64,000 nucleotides of DNA from a virus, in the IMG/VR virus record IMGVR_UViG_3300046692_000091, positions 143,261 through 207,260 of that record, one strand, 5' to 3'. Below, piece after piece: positions 45,041-54,865 of this stretch. Numbering within the stretch: position 1 is the first letter of the stretch; each line of letters opens with the position of its first letter. The notes under the pieces are model-generated. The model had not been told where the DNA came from, did not search any database, and saw only the letters and a list, made by a program, of their open reading frames with translations. Both the position numbers and the translations under genes were made by a program.

Positions 45041-45450
45041 CATACGAAAGATTTATGACTCAAGTCTATCCCAAGCTTCAGTCGTATTTGCCTGGTGGTG
45101 TCAATTACGATTGGCACATGCCTATTCGTACACGGGTGGTGCTTCTTGAGCAAGCAGCTAAAGAACTTTTGCTTGCCGCTACGGAACTTGGTTGTGACCA
45201 TGTCGGTCGTCTCAATACCCCACATAAGTACGATAGCTTAATCTTTATTGCCCGGTTTGTTAATAAAGGTTGTAATCGTAACGATAAGCATGCTTGGCGT
45301 AAGCTCTGTGCAGACTCAGGGTTTGAGGTGCGCAACGAAGATTGGTGGGCACCTGTGTTCTGGGGACCAATGAAAGGTTGGGCGGAATTCCGTAAAGCGA
45401 TACAGGAATACGTTAAGCTTCAACAAAAAATGACTGGTTGTTATCATTAG
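45037..45450 (+). CDS. hypothetical protein (137 aa)
   Basis: ATGA overlap. Confidence 0.5.
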   Translation: MTYERFMTQVYPKLQSYLPGGVNYDWHMPIRTRVVLLEQAAKELLLAATELGCDHVGRLNTPHKYDSLIFIARFVNKGCNRNDKHAWRKLCADSGFEVRNEDWWAPVFWGPMKGWAEFRKAIQEYVKLQQKMTGCYH

Positions 45451-45481
45451 ATGATCATCAATCCGTCAATAGGTATTACCA

Positions 45482-45688
45482 ATGCTTCAAAGAAAACAAG
45501 TCGTTAACCTAGTTAAAGCTGTCGCCGTAAAAGCCCTTAAAGGTCGGACGCACATTTTGCTGGGTAATGCAGGTGATGAGTTCCGCGTAGTTGCGGAGCA
45601 TGAGACGATGCCAGGTTATTACTACATGCGTGGTAAGAATCCGGAATGTCCGCCAATGTCTCTGCTGCACTTTACTGAAGTTGCATAA
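45482..45688 (+). CDS. hypothetical protein (68 aa)
   Basis: ORF before terminator hairpin. Confidence 0.45.
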   Translation: MLQRKQVVNLVKAVAVKALKGRTHILLGNAGDEFRVVAEHETMPGYYYMRGKNPECPPMSLLHFTEVA

Positions 45689-45690
45689 GC

Positions 45691-45718
45691 GCAGCCCTCT
45701 GGGGCTGCATTTATTTCG
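45691..45718 (+). terminator. hairpin + TTTATTT
   Basis: gcagccctctggggctgcatttatttcg. Confidence 0.5.
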
Positions 45719-45730
45719 TTAGGAGTTAAC

Positions 45731-46150
45731 ATGCGTTACAATAGCCCGTCAAAGCAGAAGTTTACTTTACTCGGTTGGACCATGGGTTGGATCGAATGGC
45801 TCATCTTGTTCGGTGTGTTGGCGTACGGAGTTTATGATCACTTCGATAAAAAGCCCCCACCACTCACAACTGTTCAAGAAGTCGAATCCGTCTTCTTAGG
45901 TAGTGATGATGATAATACAAAGTCTGTTGACGTCTGGTTGATGAAATACCAACTGGATTTCGATCGAGCTGATAAGGAATACCAGGATGGCCGGGATCTG
46001 CGATTCTTTAAGCATTCCTTTCTGAAGAAGTGTCTTACGGAAGTGGCGGAGAAGAATGGACCACGTCTATCAGATGCCTGGGTAAGAGAGTGTCTGGAAA
46101 AAGCAGACCGTGAAGCATTCGCTGCTCAAGAATACTGGAAGAAGAAATGA
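45731..46150 (+). CDS. membrane-anchored protein (139 aa)
   Basis: TM MGWIEWLILFGVLAYGVY; SD 'aggagttaacATG'. Confidence 0.5.
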   Translation: MRYNSPSKQKFTLLGWTMGWIEWLILFGVLAYGVYDHFDKKPPPLTTVQEVESVFLGSDDDNTKSVDVWLMKYQLDFDRADKEYQDGRDLRFFKHSFLKKCLTEVAEKNGPRLSDAWVRECLEKADREAFAAQEYWKKK

Positions 46151-46467
46151 AGAAGCTAAGATGGATACAGCTTGGTATGATCGTAGGCGTGGTATTAATC
46201 GCCGCCGGTGTATTTGGCCTTGTGCAGCAAAAGAAAGACAAGGCCGAGGAGCTCCAAGAATGGATAGCTGAAAATGTCTATCCTGTACTGAAGATTCGTA
46301 ATCTGCTTACTACCCAATGTACCCTGCAATGGGAACTAGGTCACTTACGTGAAGTGGGTGGACGTTGGGAACCTGGTGTAGCTCCTGATGATGTCAAAGC
46401 CCGTTGTGCAAGCGATGCTGCCAAGGCCGCCCCTCTTCCTGTTTATACGGACAGCAATAATGAATGA
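46147..46467 (+). CDS. membrane-anchored protein (106 aa)
   Basis: TM IQLGMIVGVVLIAAGVFGLV. Confidence 0.5.
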   Translation: MKKLRWIQLGMIVGVVLIAAGVFGLVQQKKDKAEELQEWIAENVYPVLKIRNLLTTQCTLQWELGHLREVGGRWEPGVAPDDVKARCASDAAKAAPLPVYTDSNNE

Positions 46468-46741
46468 TAAGGCTACTACTTCTTTCTTCGGCGCTTGCTT
46501 TGTCATTGGCTTAGCAGCGTTGAGTGTGGTACTCTGGAACAAATACAATCCACCTCAGTTAGACCCAGGTTATCTGGCGTTCCAAGCTGATACGGATAAT
46601 CGTCTGGCCATTCGTAAGAAGCGTTTGGCCTATGAAGCTGCATGTATCCACGACGAGCGTCTGTTGGATATTCAATTTGGGAAAGTAGTCTATGACTGTG
46701 GTAAGATCTCAAAGCAGGTCTACCCAATGCCAGATGTTTAA
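46460..46741 (+). CDS. membrane-anchored protein (93 aa)
   Basis: TM FFGACFVIGLAALSVVLW. Confidence 0.45.
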   Translation: MNDKATTSFFGACFVIGLAALSVVLWNKYNPPQLDPGYLAFQADTDNRLAIRKKRLAYEAACIHDERLLDIQFGKVVYDCGKISKQVYPMPDV

Positions 46742-46792
46742 AACCATCTGAAGACTACATTACAATAGTGATAAGAACCTAAGGAGTTGTAA

Positions 46793-47470
46793 ATGGACCA
46801 AGTTAAGAGTAACTTTGAAATCGCACGTGGTATCGTTCGTCGCTACATGGCAAACTTCACTGATTCAACTACTCCACCAAAACTGGTGAAAGGTGGTTTC
46901 TTTGCTATGATCGCCTCGGATACTGGGGAGGTCTGGCTTGGGGAAGCTCAGTCCTTCGCAGCAACTATCACGCGTTTCAGAGCTACTACTGGAAAGCAGA
47001 TTGCTGATTGCATGGCGCAAGCTAAGCTGCGTGGGGCTAAGTTAGAACTGTGGCTGTTGACACAACCAACTCGCTTCTCTGCACAGGAGTTGGAAAATGA
47101 GCTGTATGAGTGTGACCTGTTGGCTGGACGGAAACGTCCTAACCGTGAAGGCGCAGGTGAGTTGCTGGTGGTTCGCCATCGTCGCTCGCTGAACTACTTC
47201 GTGGTATCCAATCGTCAGGAATCGACGCACGAGTCTGTGCTATCGCGTTTCCTGTACCGGTTGAATCAAACTGGTGGTGATGTGCACAACAAACGGTTGT
47301 CTGATTTCATTACCGAGAACGTTGAGGATGTATTGAATCAACGCGGTTTTGATATTACGTTTGTTGCACACTTTGTGGACAATGAAGATCTTTGGTTGAA
47401 GCGGCAGGTTTATATCGACGAGTGTCAATCAGGCGAATGCTTGAACCACCGTAATGTTGACCTGGTTTAA
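46793..47470 (+). CDS. hypothetical protein (225 aa)
   Basis: SD 'aaggagttgtaaATG'. Confidence 0.55.
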   Translation: MDQVKSNFEIARGIVRRYMANFTDSTTPPKLVKGGFFAMIASDTGEVWLGEAQSFAATITRFRATTGKQIADCMAQAKLRGAKLELWLLTQPTRFSAQELENELYECDLLAGRKRPNREGAGELLVVRHRRSLNYFVVSNRQESTHESVLSRFLYRLNQTGGDVHNKRLSDFITENVEDVLNQRGFDITFVAHFVDNEDLWLKRQVYIDECQSGECLNHRNVDLV

Positions 47471-47546
47471 TTATACTCTCCTTTATTATCTGGTGAGCAA
47501 ATGCTTCCACAAAAGAAATCCCAAATGTCCAAAAGGTTCAATCATC

Positions 47547-48197
47547 ATGAGTGCACACATTGTAGAGATCCATGACCATATCAAAATCCTATTAAAGCGT
47601 ATTGAAAATTATACGTCAAACCGGCAGTATGGTGAGGGGAACATTCCTCACCTGTGCATTAAAGTAAAACACAACAATGGCTTTGCCTGGTTTGGTGTTC
47701 ACATCCTGGAAGCACCAACCATCAACTGGCCTGTAGAAATACGGGACCAGATTGAGAAAGAAATTCGTGATGGTCTTGATAAGATCTGCGATGTCCAGGA
47801 ACTGGTTACTGATATGCCTCGTCTGATGGATTCCATCTCTGACGTGGTAAGTTCACGCAAGCGCCCAACTATCTTTGGTGGGCAAGGCAACGATCTACTG
47901 CAACTCCACATGGACGGTAATGTTCAACTCGATATGTATCGGGATCATCGGAATGGCGATACGCTTTCCTATGGTGGGTTTGAAGGAGAGATTCTGTTGA
48001 ATGGTCGTTGGTATCCATTCTTCATGTATCACCGTGGGGTCATCCTGTATAACTACATCGATGCTACTGTAGCTACGGCTATGATCACTCGTGCACTGAC
48101 TCGTCAGTTCCCTGAGATCTTCGATGAAGACGAACCAGACTTCGTACAAGTTGATCACAGTATCGATCGTACTCGGAATAAACGTAAGGAGCTCTGA
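47547..48197 (+). CDS. hypothetical protein (216 aa)
   Basis: Internal ATG after upstream stop. Confidence 0.5.
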   Translation: MSAHIVEIHDHIKILLKRIENYTSNRQYGEGNIPHLCIKVKHNNGFAWFGVHILEAPTINWPVEIRDQIEKEIRDGLDKICDVQELVTDMPRLMDSISDVVSSRKRPTIFGGQGNDLLQLHMDGNVQLDMYRDHRNGDTLSYGGFEGEILLNGRWYPFFMYHRGVILYNYIDATVATAMITRALTRQFPEIFDEDEPDFVQVDHSIDRTRNKRKEL

Positions 48198-48631
48198 TGT
48201 CTCATCTGGTGCTGGTTGAAATCGCACCTGTAGAAACGTCTCTAGGCTTCTCCCGTTTATCAGGGGAGCCATTGACGTGCCTAGAGTCCTACGCAGACAA
48301 GATCACTGATCTATTTACAATTCGTCAATACGGGTATCACCCTGAATACGGTGCAACACTCTTTGAGATCATCATCGACTGGGGCGACTCTTATATCAAT
48401 CCTGGTCCCCTACCTGGGTACCTCGGTGAGATACTAGAACCATTGCCGCTCAGGGCAGCTCTTGCTAAACTGCAAAGACAGTATGAGGTAATCTTAGAAG
48501 CGAACTGTCAGGTCGTGCGCCACGAGGGCCGGATAACTAGGTGTTCGTTCAAACCGAAAGGTGAATATCTAGATGCCCCGACCAATTTAGACTGGACGCT
48601 CGAAGATCCTCCCAAGCGAGAACTCATTTGA
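48197..48631 (+). CDS. hypothetical protein (144 aa)
   Basis: ATGA-type overlap. Confidence 0.5.
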   Translation: MSHLVLVEIAPVETSLGFSRLSGEPLTCLESYADKITDLFTIRQYGYHPEYGATLFEIIIDWGDSYINPGPLPGYLGEILEPLPLRAALAKLQRQYEVILEANCQVVRHEGRITRCSFKPKGEYLDAPTNLDWTLEDPPKRELI

Positions 48632-48804
48632 CCGAGAATAGTGTACAACTATATATGTGGTGATACTGCATGTGTTGTTTCCTTTCTCTTGATCGCTCTT
48701 TAACAACTTGTGTGTAACGACTAGCGGGGTTAGATTCCCTTGCACCTCCTCAGGCGTCTTTCATCGACTGATGCCGTGTCTTGGATTGCCAAGCGCAATA
48801 AATT

Positions 48805-48837
48805 GCCTATCCTTCGGGATAGGCTTTATGTTGTTTA
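48805..48837 (+). terminator. hairpin + CTTTATG; repeat of 34970
   Basis: Identical 33-mer. Confidence 0.55.
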
Positions 48838-48866
48838 AGACTAACTGACTTAATTGGGGCCACATT

Positions 48867-49322
48867 ATGTATTACAACTTCAGTCACAAAGAACTACCGT
48901 TCCAACTGAATACACTGCTGCGCTTTCTCTGCAAGGCTACAGTAATGCGTCGTCAGTTTGATGAAGACGAACACGTTTCGTTCACACCTCAAACTTCCGT
49001 AACAATGGTTGTGCCGTCACCTGGTAGCTGTGACATCGAACCGTATATCATCGCTACTTGTCCAGTAACTGGTTGCAGTCTGCGTTTGACTGTTAAGCTG
49101 GTACCTGAGCGCTCACTGGGGACACGTAATGATGCTGTGGCATACTTACGTCGCACTCTGTGCCGTGAAGCTATCATGGTGTCTGAGCGCGATATCCACA
49201 ATGTCGAGAAGTATGGTGAGCGTAAGCATTACACCAAGAACTTCTTCAAAGAGCTGATCGCGAAATATCAGTATCGCATTGATACCTTCGCATCCTACAA
49301 CTTCCATGCACGTTACGATTAA
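48867..49322 (+). CDS. hypothetical protein (151 aa)
   Basis: First gene after a 235-nt noncoding stretch and terminator. Confidence 0.5.
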   Translation: MYYNFSHKELPFQLNTLLRFLCKATVMRRQFDEDEHVSFTPQTSVTMVVPSPGSCDIEPYIIATCPVTGCSLRLTVKLVPERSLGTRNDAVAYLRRTLCREAIMVSERDIHNVEKYGERKHYTKNFFKELIAKYQYRIDTFASYNFHARYD

Positions 49323-49330
49323 GGCTTTAT

Positions 49331-49582
49331 ATGTACGGACAATCATTTCAAGGTAACACCATGAGCTTTAAAGCACGACTGAAGTACGAAGCAATAACCA
49401 TCAGTGTAAGTGTAATCAGTGCACTCTGTTATATGGCCACGGTTTTCTGCGTGGTTATGGTGTTTGGTGCAGCTGCTACAAACACGTTGTGGATGGCACC
49501 TGTTGCGTTAGCACTGGCTGTTGTCTGTGCGCGTATCGGTGTTGTTACTCATGGTTATGCTAAACCACGATGGAAACGTTAA
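49331..49582 (+). CDS. membrane protein (83 aa)
   Basis: Two TM helices. Confidence 0.45.
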   Translation: MYGQSFQGNTMSFKARLKYEAITISVSVISALCYMATVFCVVMVFGAAATNTLWMAPVALALAVVCARIGVVTHGYAKPRWKR

Positions 49583-49881
49583 TGGAAATCCCAACAAGGC
49601 AAGATCGCATTCAAAGCCTGTATGGTGAGGCTATCGAGACGTACTCGGTAGTCTTAAACAAAGCTATCCTGGAGGACAGTGAGGAAACGGATGGTAAGGG
49701 TTGTTCTTATATCACTACCCGCTTGAATGCTGACGGAGATTATGTGGACTCACGTGTTATCAAATATCTCGATGAGCATTATCGTAAAGCTGGTTGGATC
49801 ATTGAGCAGCATTCCGATGCAGATAGTGATAAGCAACACATCCGTATCTATTTTCTGCAGCAATCCGTTAAGGGTGATTAG
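49570..49881 (+). CDS. hypothetical protein (103 aa)
   Basis: ORF. Confidence 0.45.
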   Translation: METLMEIPTRQDRIQSLYGEAIETYSVVLNKAILEDSEETDGKGCSYITTRLNADGDYVDSRVIKYLDEHYRKAGWIIEQHSDADSDKQHIRIYFLQQSVKGD

Positions 49882-49992
49882 TACTCTGTATGCAATAGTA
49901 TATAGACGAACTGGAATTCCGTAGAACATCTCCCAACTTATCACCTACCCGTCGGTGTGTTGGTGCTACGTGAATTCCACCTATTTAATACT

Positions 49993-50016
49993 GTCCACCT
50001 GCGGGTGGGCTTTATG
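49993..50016 (+). terminator. hairpin + CTTTATG
   Basis: ccacctgcgggtgggctttatgcc. Confidence 0.5.
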
Positions 50017-50032
50017 CCGCTTTAGGGAACAT

Positions 50033-50209
50033 ATGACTTTCTTGAAATATTTGGCTCTATTTGGAGTCGTCCTGCTTTTTCAGGGTGGTATGGAATTACG
50101 CTATGGTTTACACCATGCTGCGTTTGATACCTGGCAATACTGGGTTGGTTCTAGTCTTCTCTGGTTAGTTGTTACGATTGTATTCGATTGGGTGGAGTCA
50201 AAGAAATGA
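50033..50209 (+). CDS. small membrane protein (58 aa)
   Basis: MTFLKYLALFGVVLLFQGG...; after hairpin. Confidence 0.35.
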   Translation: MTFLKYLALFGVVLLFQGGMELRYGLHHAAFDTWQYWVGSSLLWLVVTIVFDWVESKK

Positions 50210-50901
50210 CTTACATTGTTTACGATGGTAAAGCGCTCATCTCTGATCGATTAATGCAACAAACCGTAGGGCAGGATGCAATAGGTCGTCAGCCTGTCCA
50301 TAAATCCGGCTACGTCAATTTGTCCCGCCTAGGTAAAGGGGTGGACATTTTCTTTGATGATTGTTCCAAGATGATCTTCCCGGAGAAGGGCACGTATAAG
50401 GGTCAACGTATCCTGGTATTTGCCGCCTCTGGTTCAGTCAACAATCTAGGTGAACTGGCGAATGCTTTAGCTGCAGGTGTAGACTTCGATGCTTATTTAG
50501 GGGTTGAAGTAAACATATCTAAGGAGAGTCGTCGTATTTTCAATGGACGTACATCAGTACTGTTGATTACCGAAGATGGTACGGGACATGCTTTTACTGC
50601 GGGTGATAATGGCGTCATTGATGTCACTACAGAATTACCTCTACATCTTGGTGCGGGCATTGACCCAGTCGGCGGTGTCTATCAGATGGTCGTAGGGCCT
50701 ATGACAGCGCTGGAATGTTACGTGGTGGCTTCAAACCATAGTGATCTGGTGAGTCGTAACTTCGACTACTATATCCCTGCCACGCAGACGTACGTGAAAG
50801 ATCAACGGTTAACACCTCGTCAAGCTACACAGATTCTGGAGAAGGTTCAGAAACGAATTAACCTGCTTGCCACGGTGAAGTCTAAACCTTACGTCAATTA
50901 A
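50206..50901 (+). CDS. hypothetical protein (231 aa)
   Basis: ATGA overlap. Confidence 0.55.
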   Translation: MTYIVYDGKALISDRLMQQTVGQDAIGRQPVHKSGYVNLSRLGKGVDIFFDDCSKMIFPEKGTYKGQRILVFAASGSVNNLGELANALAAGVDFDAYLGVEVNISKESRRIFNGRTSVLLITEDGTGHAFTAGDNGVIDVTTELPLHLGAGIDPVGGVYQMVVGPMTALECYVVASNHSDLVSRNFDYYIPATQTYVKDQRLTPRQATQILEKVQKRINLLATVKSKPYVN

Positions 50902-51041
50902 CAAGGAAGTAACATGCTTAACCCAGTACAAGATAGGATAAAGCGTCGTCAGAATGCAATGCGGCTTGACACCGTCCAACGCTACACAATGAAAGCATTC
51001 ATTACTATCGTGGTGATAATAGGACTAGTGGAACTGATGAC

Positions 51042-51314
51042 ATGAATACGGCAATACCTGGTTGGACAACAATAGGTTTATTCCTAGCTTGGTTCATAAG
51101 TCACAGCTTGGTGATCTGGATAGCCTACAGACGAAACATGGCGATCGACATCAAGAATTGGCAAGGTCCCGATCTAGCGGAATTCGAGAAGAAGATGTTC
51201 TTTGCTCAGACTGATCACATCTTGGAGATCTGGTGGTTCAAAGCACTGCGCGCTGTATTCATTTACGGTAGCATCGCATTCTTCTTTATCTGGCTACACT
51301 TCGCTTCACTATAA
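51042..51314 (+). CDS. membrane protein (90 aa)
   Basis: Two TM helices. Confidence 0.45.
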   Translation: MNTAIPGWTTIGLFLAWFISHSLVIWIAYRRNMAIDIKNWQGPDLAEFEKKMFFAQTDHILEIWWFKALRAVFIYGSIAFFFIWLHFASL

Positions 51315-51337
51315 ACAATCTCAGATCTATATTACTC
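51312..51337 (+). promoter_or_regulatory. promoter-like motif caatctcagatCTATATTAC
   Basis: Upstream of 51376 gene. Confidence 0.45.
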
Positions 51338-51375
51338 TTGGGCACATACCCCCAATCGAGAACAAGGTAAAAGTA

Positions 51376-51546
51376 ATGTTGAATAACGCTGATATGTACA
51401 CCCTCGAAATTAAAGACCTGAGCGGCACTGAAGTAACTACGGTTACTAAAGCCGGTTGGGAACTGAATGGCGAATACGACTTCTTGATCGTAGGCCAAAC
51501 CGTGCGCGATTGGCGCATGTACATTGTAACTCCATTCGGAGCGTAA
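51376..51546 (+). CDS. small protein (56 aa)
   Basis: SD 'aaggtaaaagtaATG' downstream of promoter motif. Confidence 0.35.
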   Translation: MLNNADMYTLEIKDLSGTEVTTVTKAGWELNGEYDFLIVGQTVRDWRMYIVTPFGA

Positions 51547-51547
51547 T

Positions 51548-52063
51548 ATGTCGAAGCTAAAGCAGTTGGCAGTGCTGTATGCGAATGAAGACAAATCCAT
51601 CCCTGTTGAATACTACTCGCACACTGGCACTCTGTTACGAGGCTCAATCCAGCGCCTCGATGATGATGTTGCTATTGTTGTAACCCGTGATGCGTCAGCG
51701 CCTATCCGTGTGAAGATTAATGTCACCGGTATGGCCGGGGTAGCAAACCCTCAAGAGTGGTGTCTTACTCGTGAGGGGCGAGATCGTTACTGTACCATTG
51801 ATACTAATGGTGGTGATGAACTACGGCAGCAACGACTGGTAATGATAACGAATGCGTTTGAGAAAATCAAACGTCATGCTGATGATGTACATTACCATTA
51901 CGTAGACCAATGGACTGGGTTGTTTGCATCTGACATTGCTGGCTTCGTATCGTTCAACCTGAATACTCCAGATGTCCCAATCACGGGCTTCTTGGTATTC
52001 CTGGATGGACGTATACGCTTCGTTCATGCTGTACCAGTCGATGTAAAACTTCGACCGATGTAA
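51548..52063 (+). CDS. hypothetical protein (171 aa); last plus-strand gene before the convergent terminator
   Basis: taATATG junction. Confidence 0.5.
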   Translation: MSKLKQLAVLYANEDKSIPVEYYSHTGTLLRGSIQRLDDDVAIVVTRDASAPIRVKINVTGMAGVANPQEWCLTREGRDRYCTIDTNGGDELRQQRLVMITNAFEKIKRHADDVHYHYVDQWTGLFASDIAGFVSFNLNTPDVPITGFLVFLDGRIRFVHAVPVDVKLRPM

Positions 52064-52067
52064 CAAC

Positions 52068-52110
52068 ACGGCATAAAGGCTACCCTTCGGGGTAGCCGAT
52101 ATACCTTATT
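52068..52110. terminator. bidirectional terminator between convergent plus and minus blocks
   Basis: Palindromic ggctacccttcggggtagcc; T9 run on plus side; CTTTATGCC on minus side. Confidence 0.65.
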
Positions 52111-52115
52111 TTTTT

Positions 52116-53942
52116 TTACTTCCCGTAGGAACGCAACCAACGACCGATGCAAGGATCGAAGTTAGATTTGTATTTCAGGAATTTCAGGAACAGTTCTTCC
52201 AAGCGTGGATGTTCACGCAACACCATCGCACTACGAGTTACCTTAATGAAGTCTTCAGCTGGGATCACAATAGTTGGATCTTCCAGAACTCTGGCCAGTT
52301 CAGGTAGTCGATCGATGTTCTGGAAAGCTTTCCATGCATCTTCTACATCACCGTAAATCATCTTAGGGATACTATCCTGGGAGATGTTGAACAGTGTGAA
52401 TGGACCTTCATGTTCACGTAGTGTTACTTCGGTACCATCACCGAAACGATTCAACCAACGCTCGTTATTGCAGAACAGATCAACGTAGTGCTCTGTAGCT
52501 GTAACATTTCCCACTGCCTCCAGCAAACTACGCATGGCTGCAATGTTAGGCATGTTTACAATACGAACGCCATTCCCTACGAACAACTCAGGATGGAACT
52601 CATCAGCATCTACTTCAACATGTAGAACCATGATTGCTTTATCATCACCAGAATCCTTCTCGAATACATAAGCATTCTTACGATACTTAGGATTAGACAG
52701 AGTTGGTAGCTCATCAACATTATCCAGGACAGCTTTCTGGATAGCACTGATTACCTCTTCTGGGTTTTCAATTTCTTTACCCAGCGTAATATGGATGGTT
52801 TTCTTTTCTTCTGCGATTCTAGCCGTCTTGGCAATTTCATCAGTAAGGTAATGATCTGGTTTGATATCTACATTCAGATCTGCTTCTGGGTATGCCGAAC
52901 GGAAGTATCCGATCGTGCACAGTGGCGATGTATCAGTGTCATCAACTTTCAGATTGATAGTCATCTTACCTTTAGCTTCACGGACCGTATCGAACGGACC
53001 AGCATCGGCACCACAGTCTGGATCTTCACCCTCACCGAAGACACCACAGTCATCCAGATCTACACCTTCATCAGCTAAGGCAACTTCGTCATCTTCCAGA
53101 TCCACGAGACTACTCACACGGTCAGTATGATAACGCGATTCAACGCCAGTGACAATGATCAATGTATTCGTTTTCTTAGGGAGACCCAATGAACGATCAC
53201 CTTCTGACAAAGTGGTATCAGCGATGTTAAGTTTGGTGTTATATTGCCCTACGCTAGCCAGTAAATCATGGATATAACGGGAGAGCGCTTCTGCACCAGA
53301 ATTACTATCAAATCCAGTGACAGTAACATGGACGGTATTCACATCTGGATCGGCAGCATCCATGTCTTCGATAGGAGCTGGTTCTTTCGATGTCCGAGCA
53401 ATGATGTCTTTGTACTCAGGCATTTCAGTTACGTCTACTTGGAACAGGTGCGCTAGAACGCGTGCAGCTGCTATGTTAGCTTTACCATGTTCTATGCCGG
53501 AGTCCATGATAGGGCAAGCTGTATTGCAAACCCAGGACCACAGATACGATGGGTCAGAAGCCATAGCTACTTTCAATGTATCGAAAGCTTTTGTGATCTC
53601 GTTCTGTTCTGGTACCACGGGGAGAGTTTCATCAATAACTGGGCCGACTACCGAATCTTCCTCGGTCATAGCACGGGCACATTCATGTGGTCCATCCGTG
53701 GTATAACTGAAGGTGCTGGTAATAGTCATATCGACGAACCAATCCATGCCTTTGAATTCATCTACGAATAGACGGAACACACCATCACCCATAGTGCTTA
53801 CACTGGTGACGTAATTGAACGGGTCGGCTTGCAGATAACGGGCGACCAGTAGACCGAAATTAACTGATGGTTTGGCTAGAGGACGACTGACTTCTTCAAT
53901 TGCCCGATGTACTATTTCTAACAGCGTTGTTTGCGATGACAT
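52116..53942 (-). CDS. large hypothetical protein (608 aa), last gene of RtcB operon
   Basis: Start trimmed to an internal ATG so it does not overlap the upstream stop; acidic D/E-rich middle region. Confidence 0.5.
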   Translation of the reverse strand: MSSQTTLLEIVHRAIEEVSRPLAKPSVNFGLLVARYLQADPFNYVTSVSTMGDGVFRLFVDEFKGMDWFVDMTITSTFSYTTDGPHECARAMTEEDSVVGPVIDETLPVVPEQNEITKAFDTLKVAMASDPSYLWSWVCNTACPIMDSGIEHGKANIAAARVLAHLFQVDVTEMPEYKDIIARTSKEPAPIEDMDAADPDVNTVHVTVTGFDSNSGAEALSRYIHDLLASVGQYNTKLNIADTTLSEGDRSLGLPKKTNTLIIVTGVESRYHTDRVSSLVDLEDDEVALADEGVDLDDCGVFGEGEDPDCGADAGPFDTVREAKGKMTINLKVDDTDTSPLCTIGYFRSAYPEADLNVDIKPDHYLTDEIAKTARIAEEKKTIHITLGKEIENPEEVISAIQKAVLDNVDELPTLSNPKYRKNAYVFEKDSGDDKAIMVLHVEVDADEFHPELFVGNGVRIVNMPNIAAMRSLLEAVGNVTATEHYVDLFCNNERWLNRFGDGTEVTLREHEGPFTLFNISQDSIPKMIYGDVEDAWKAFQNIDRLPELARVLEDPTIVIPAEDFIKVTRSAMVLREHPRLEELFLKFLKYKSNFDPCIGRWLRSYGK

Positions 53943-53944
53943 GT

Positions 53945-54862
53945 TTATACCTGTTGTGTTGATTGAGTGGCACGATGTCCACGTAGACGGATTTTGGTAA
54001 CACCTGGAGCTTCTACCCAAACTGTAGCGACCATGTCCTCTGTACACTCGGTACGAACGGAATAATCATCAGCAGGGAATTCTTCACCGAGTTGTTTCAG
54101 TACGGCAAGCTTAATATTATCTGCGAATTCTACAGCAGTACGATCTTGCTCATGTGCTAGGAATGCATCGGTAAATGCACGATTAGCAGCCATGGTTAGA
54201 ACCAGAGTCTTTTCACTGCGACCACGTTGTGCTTTGGAGATCGGCGCAGGATCGATAGATTCTTTCACAGTTGGTTGCATTGGGTGTTCCTGTTCTTCGT
54301 AACGTTTGTATTCGATAGAGGCTTCTACTACCATGCCAACTCGGACATCTTCTACATTGACACGGAAAGACAAGTCCTTACCGACTCCACCAGTAACATT
54401 CACTTCGAAGTCTTCTTCCAGACCATCGTAATGTGCAACTAGTTCACGGCGGATCTCTTCTTCCGATTTCAGTACCAGTTGATGCAGTGTAAGAGATGCG
54501 TCACCAGTCAACTTAGCGAAGACCTTAGACACAATTCCTTCCAGTACTTCTGCCAGAGTCTGTGATTTACTCTCAGGAGCTGGGCTGAGTTCAGCATAAA
54601 CAGTTGTGACGTACTTGGCACCATCATGTTCGATAACAGCATTCACCTCGAACGTGGACTGTACCCCCTTCCAGTGAATGCAGGTACTGATACCCACACT
54701 CTTGCCTGGATATTCTTTGCGCATCATGGCTTGTATGCCATCGGCTACTTTCTCACGGAGGATATGATTATCCGATGTAACATCATCACGTACACTTGCA
54801 ACTACTTCGTTCGTGAAGTCTTGTAGGTTCGTATCGAACAAAGCTTTTTCTAATCCACCCAT
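53945..54862 (-). CDS. hypothetical protein (305 aa), RtcB operon
   Basis: SD 'aaaaggttaagtcATG' immediately after rtcB stop. Confidence 0.55.
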   Translation of the reverse strand: MGGLEKALFDTNLQDFTNEVVASVRDDVTSDNHILREKVADGIQAMMRKEYPGKSVGISTCIHWKGVQSTFEVNAVIEHDGAKYVTTVYAELSPAPESKSQTLAEVLEGIVSKVFAKLTGDASLTLHQLVLKSEEEIRRELVAHYDGLEEDFEVNVTGGVGKDLSFRVNVEDVRVGMVVEASIEYKRYEEQEHPMQPTVKESIDPAPISKAQRGRSEKTLVLTMAANRAFTDAFLAHEQDRTAVEFADNIKLAVLKQLGEEFPADDYSVRTECTEDMVATVWVEAPGVTKIRLRGHRATQSTQQV

Positions 54863-54865
54863 GAC

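Noticed and set aside
3131-50020. The ATG inside each hairpin-CTTTATG element as a real start codon
   Set aside because: In most copies the ATG is followed by a stop within 3-13 codons, or by 29 codons at 7101, and lacks an SD. Only the minus-strand copy at 63629 coincides with a plausible 94-aa ORF.
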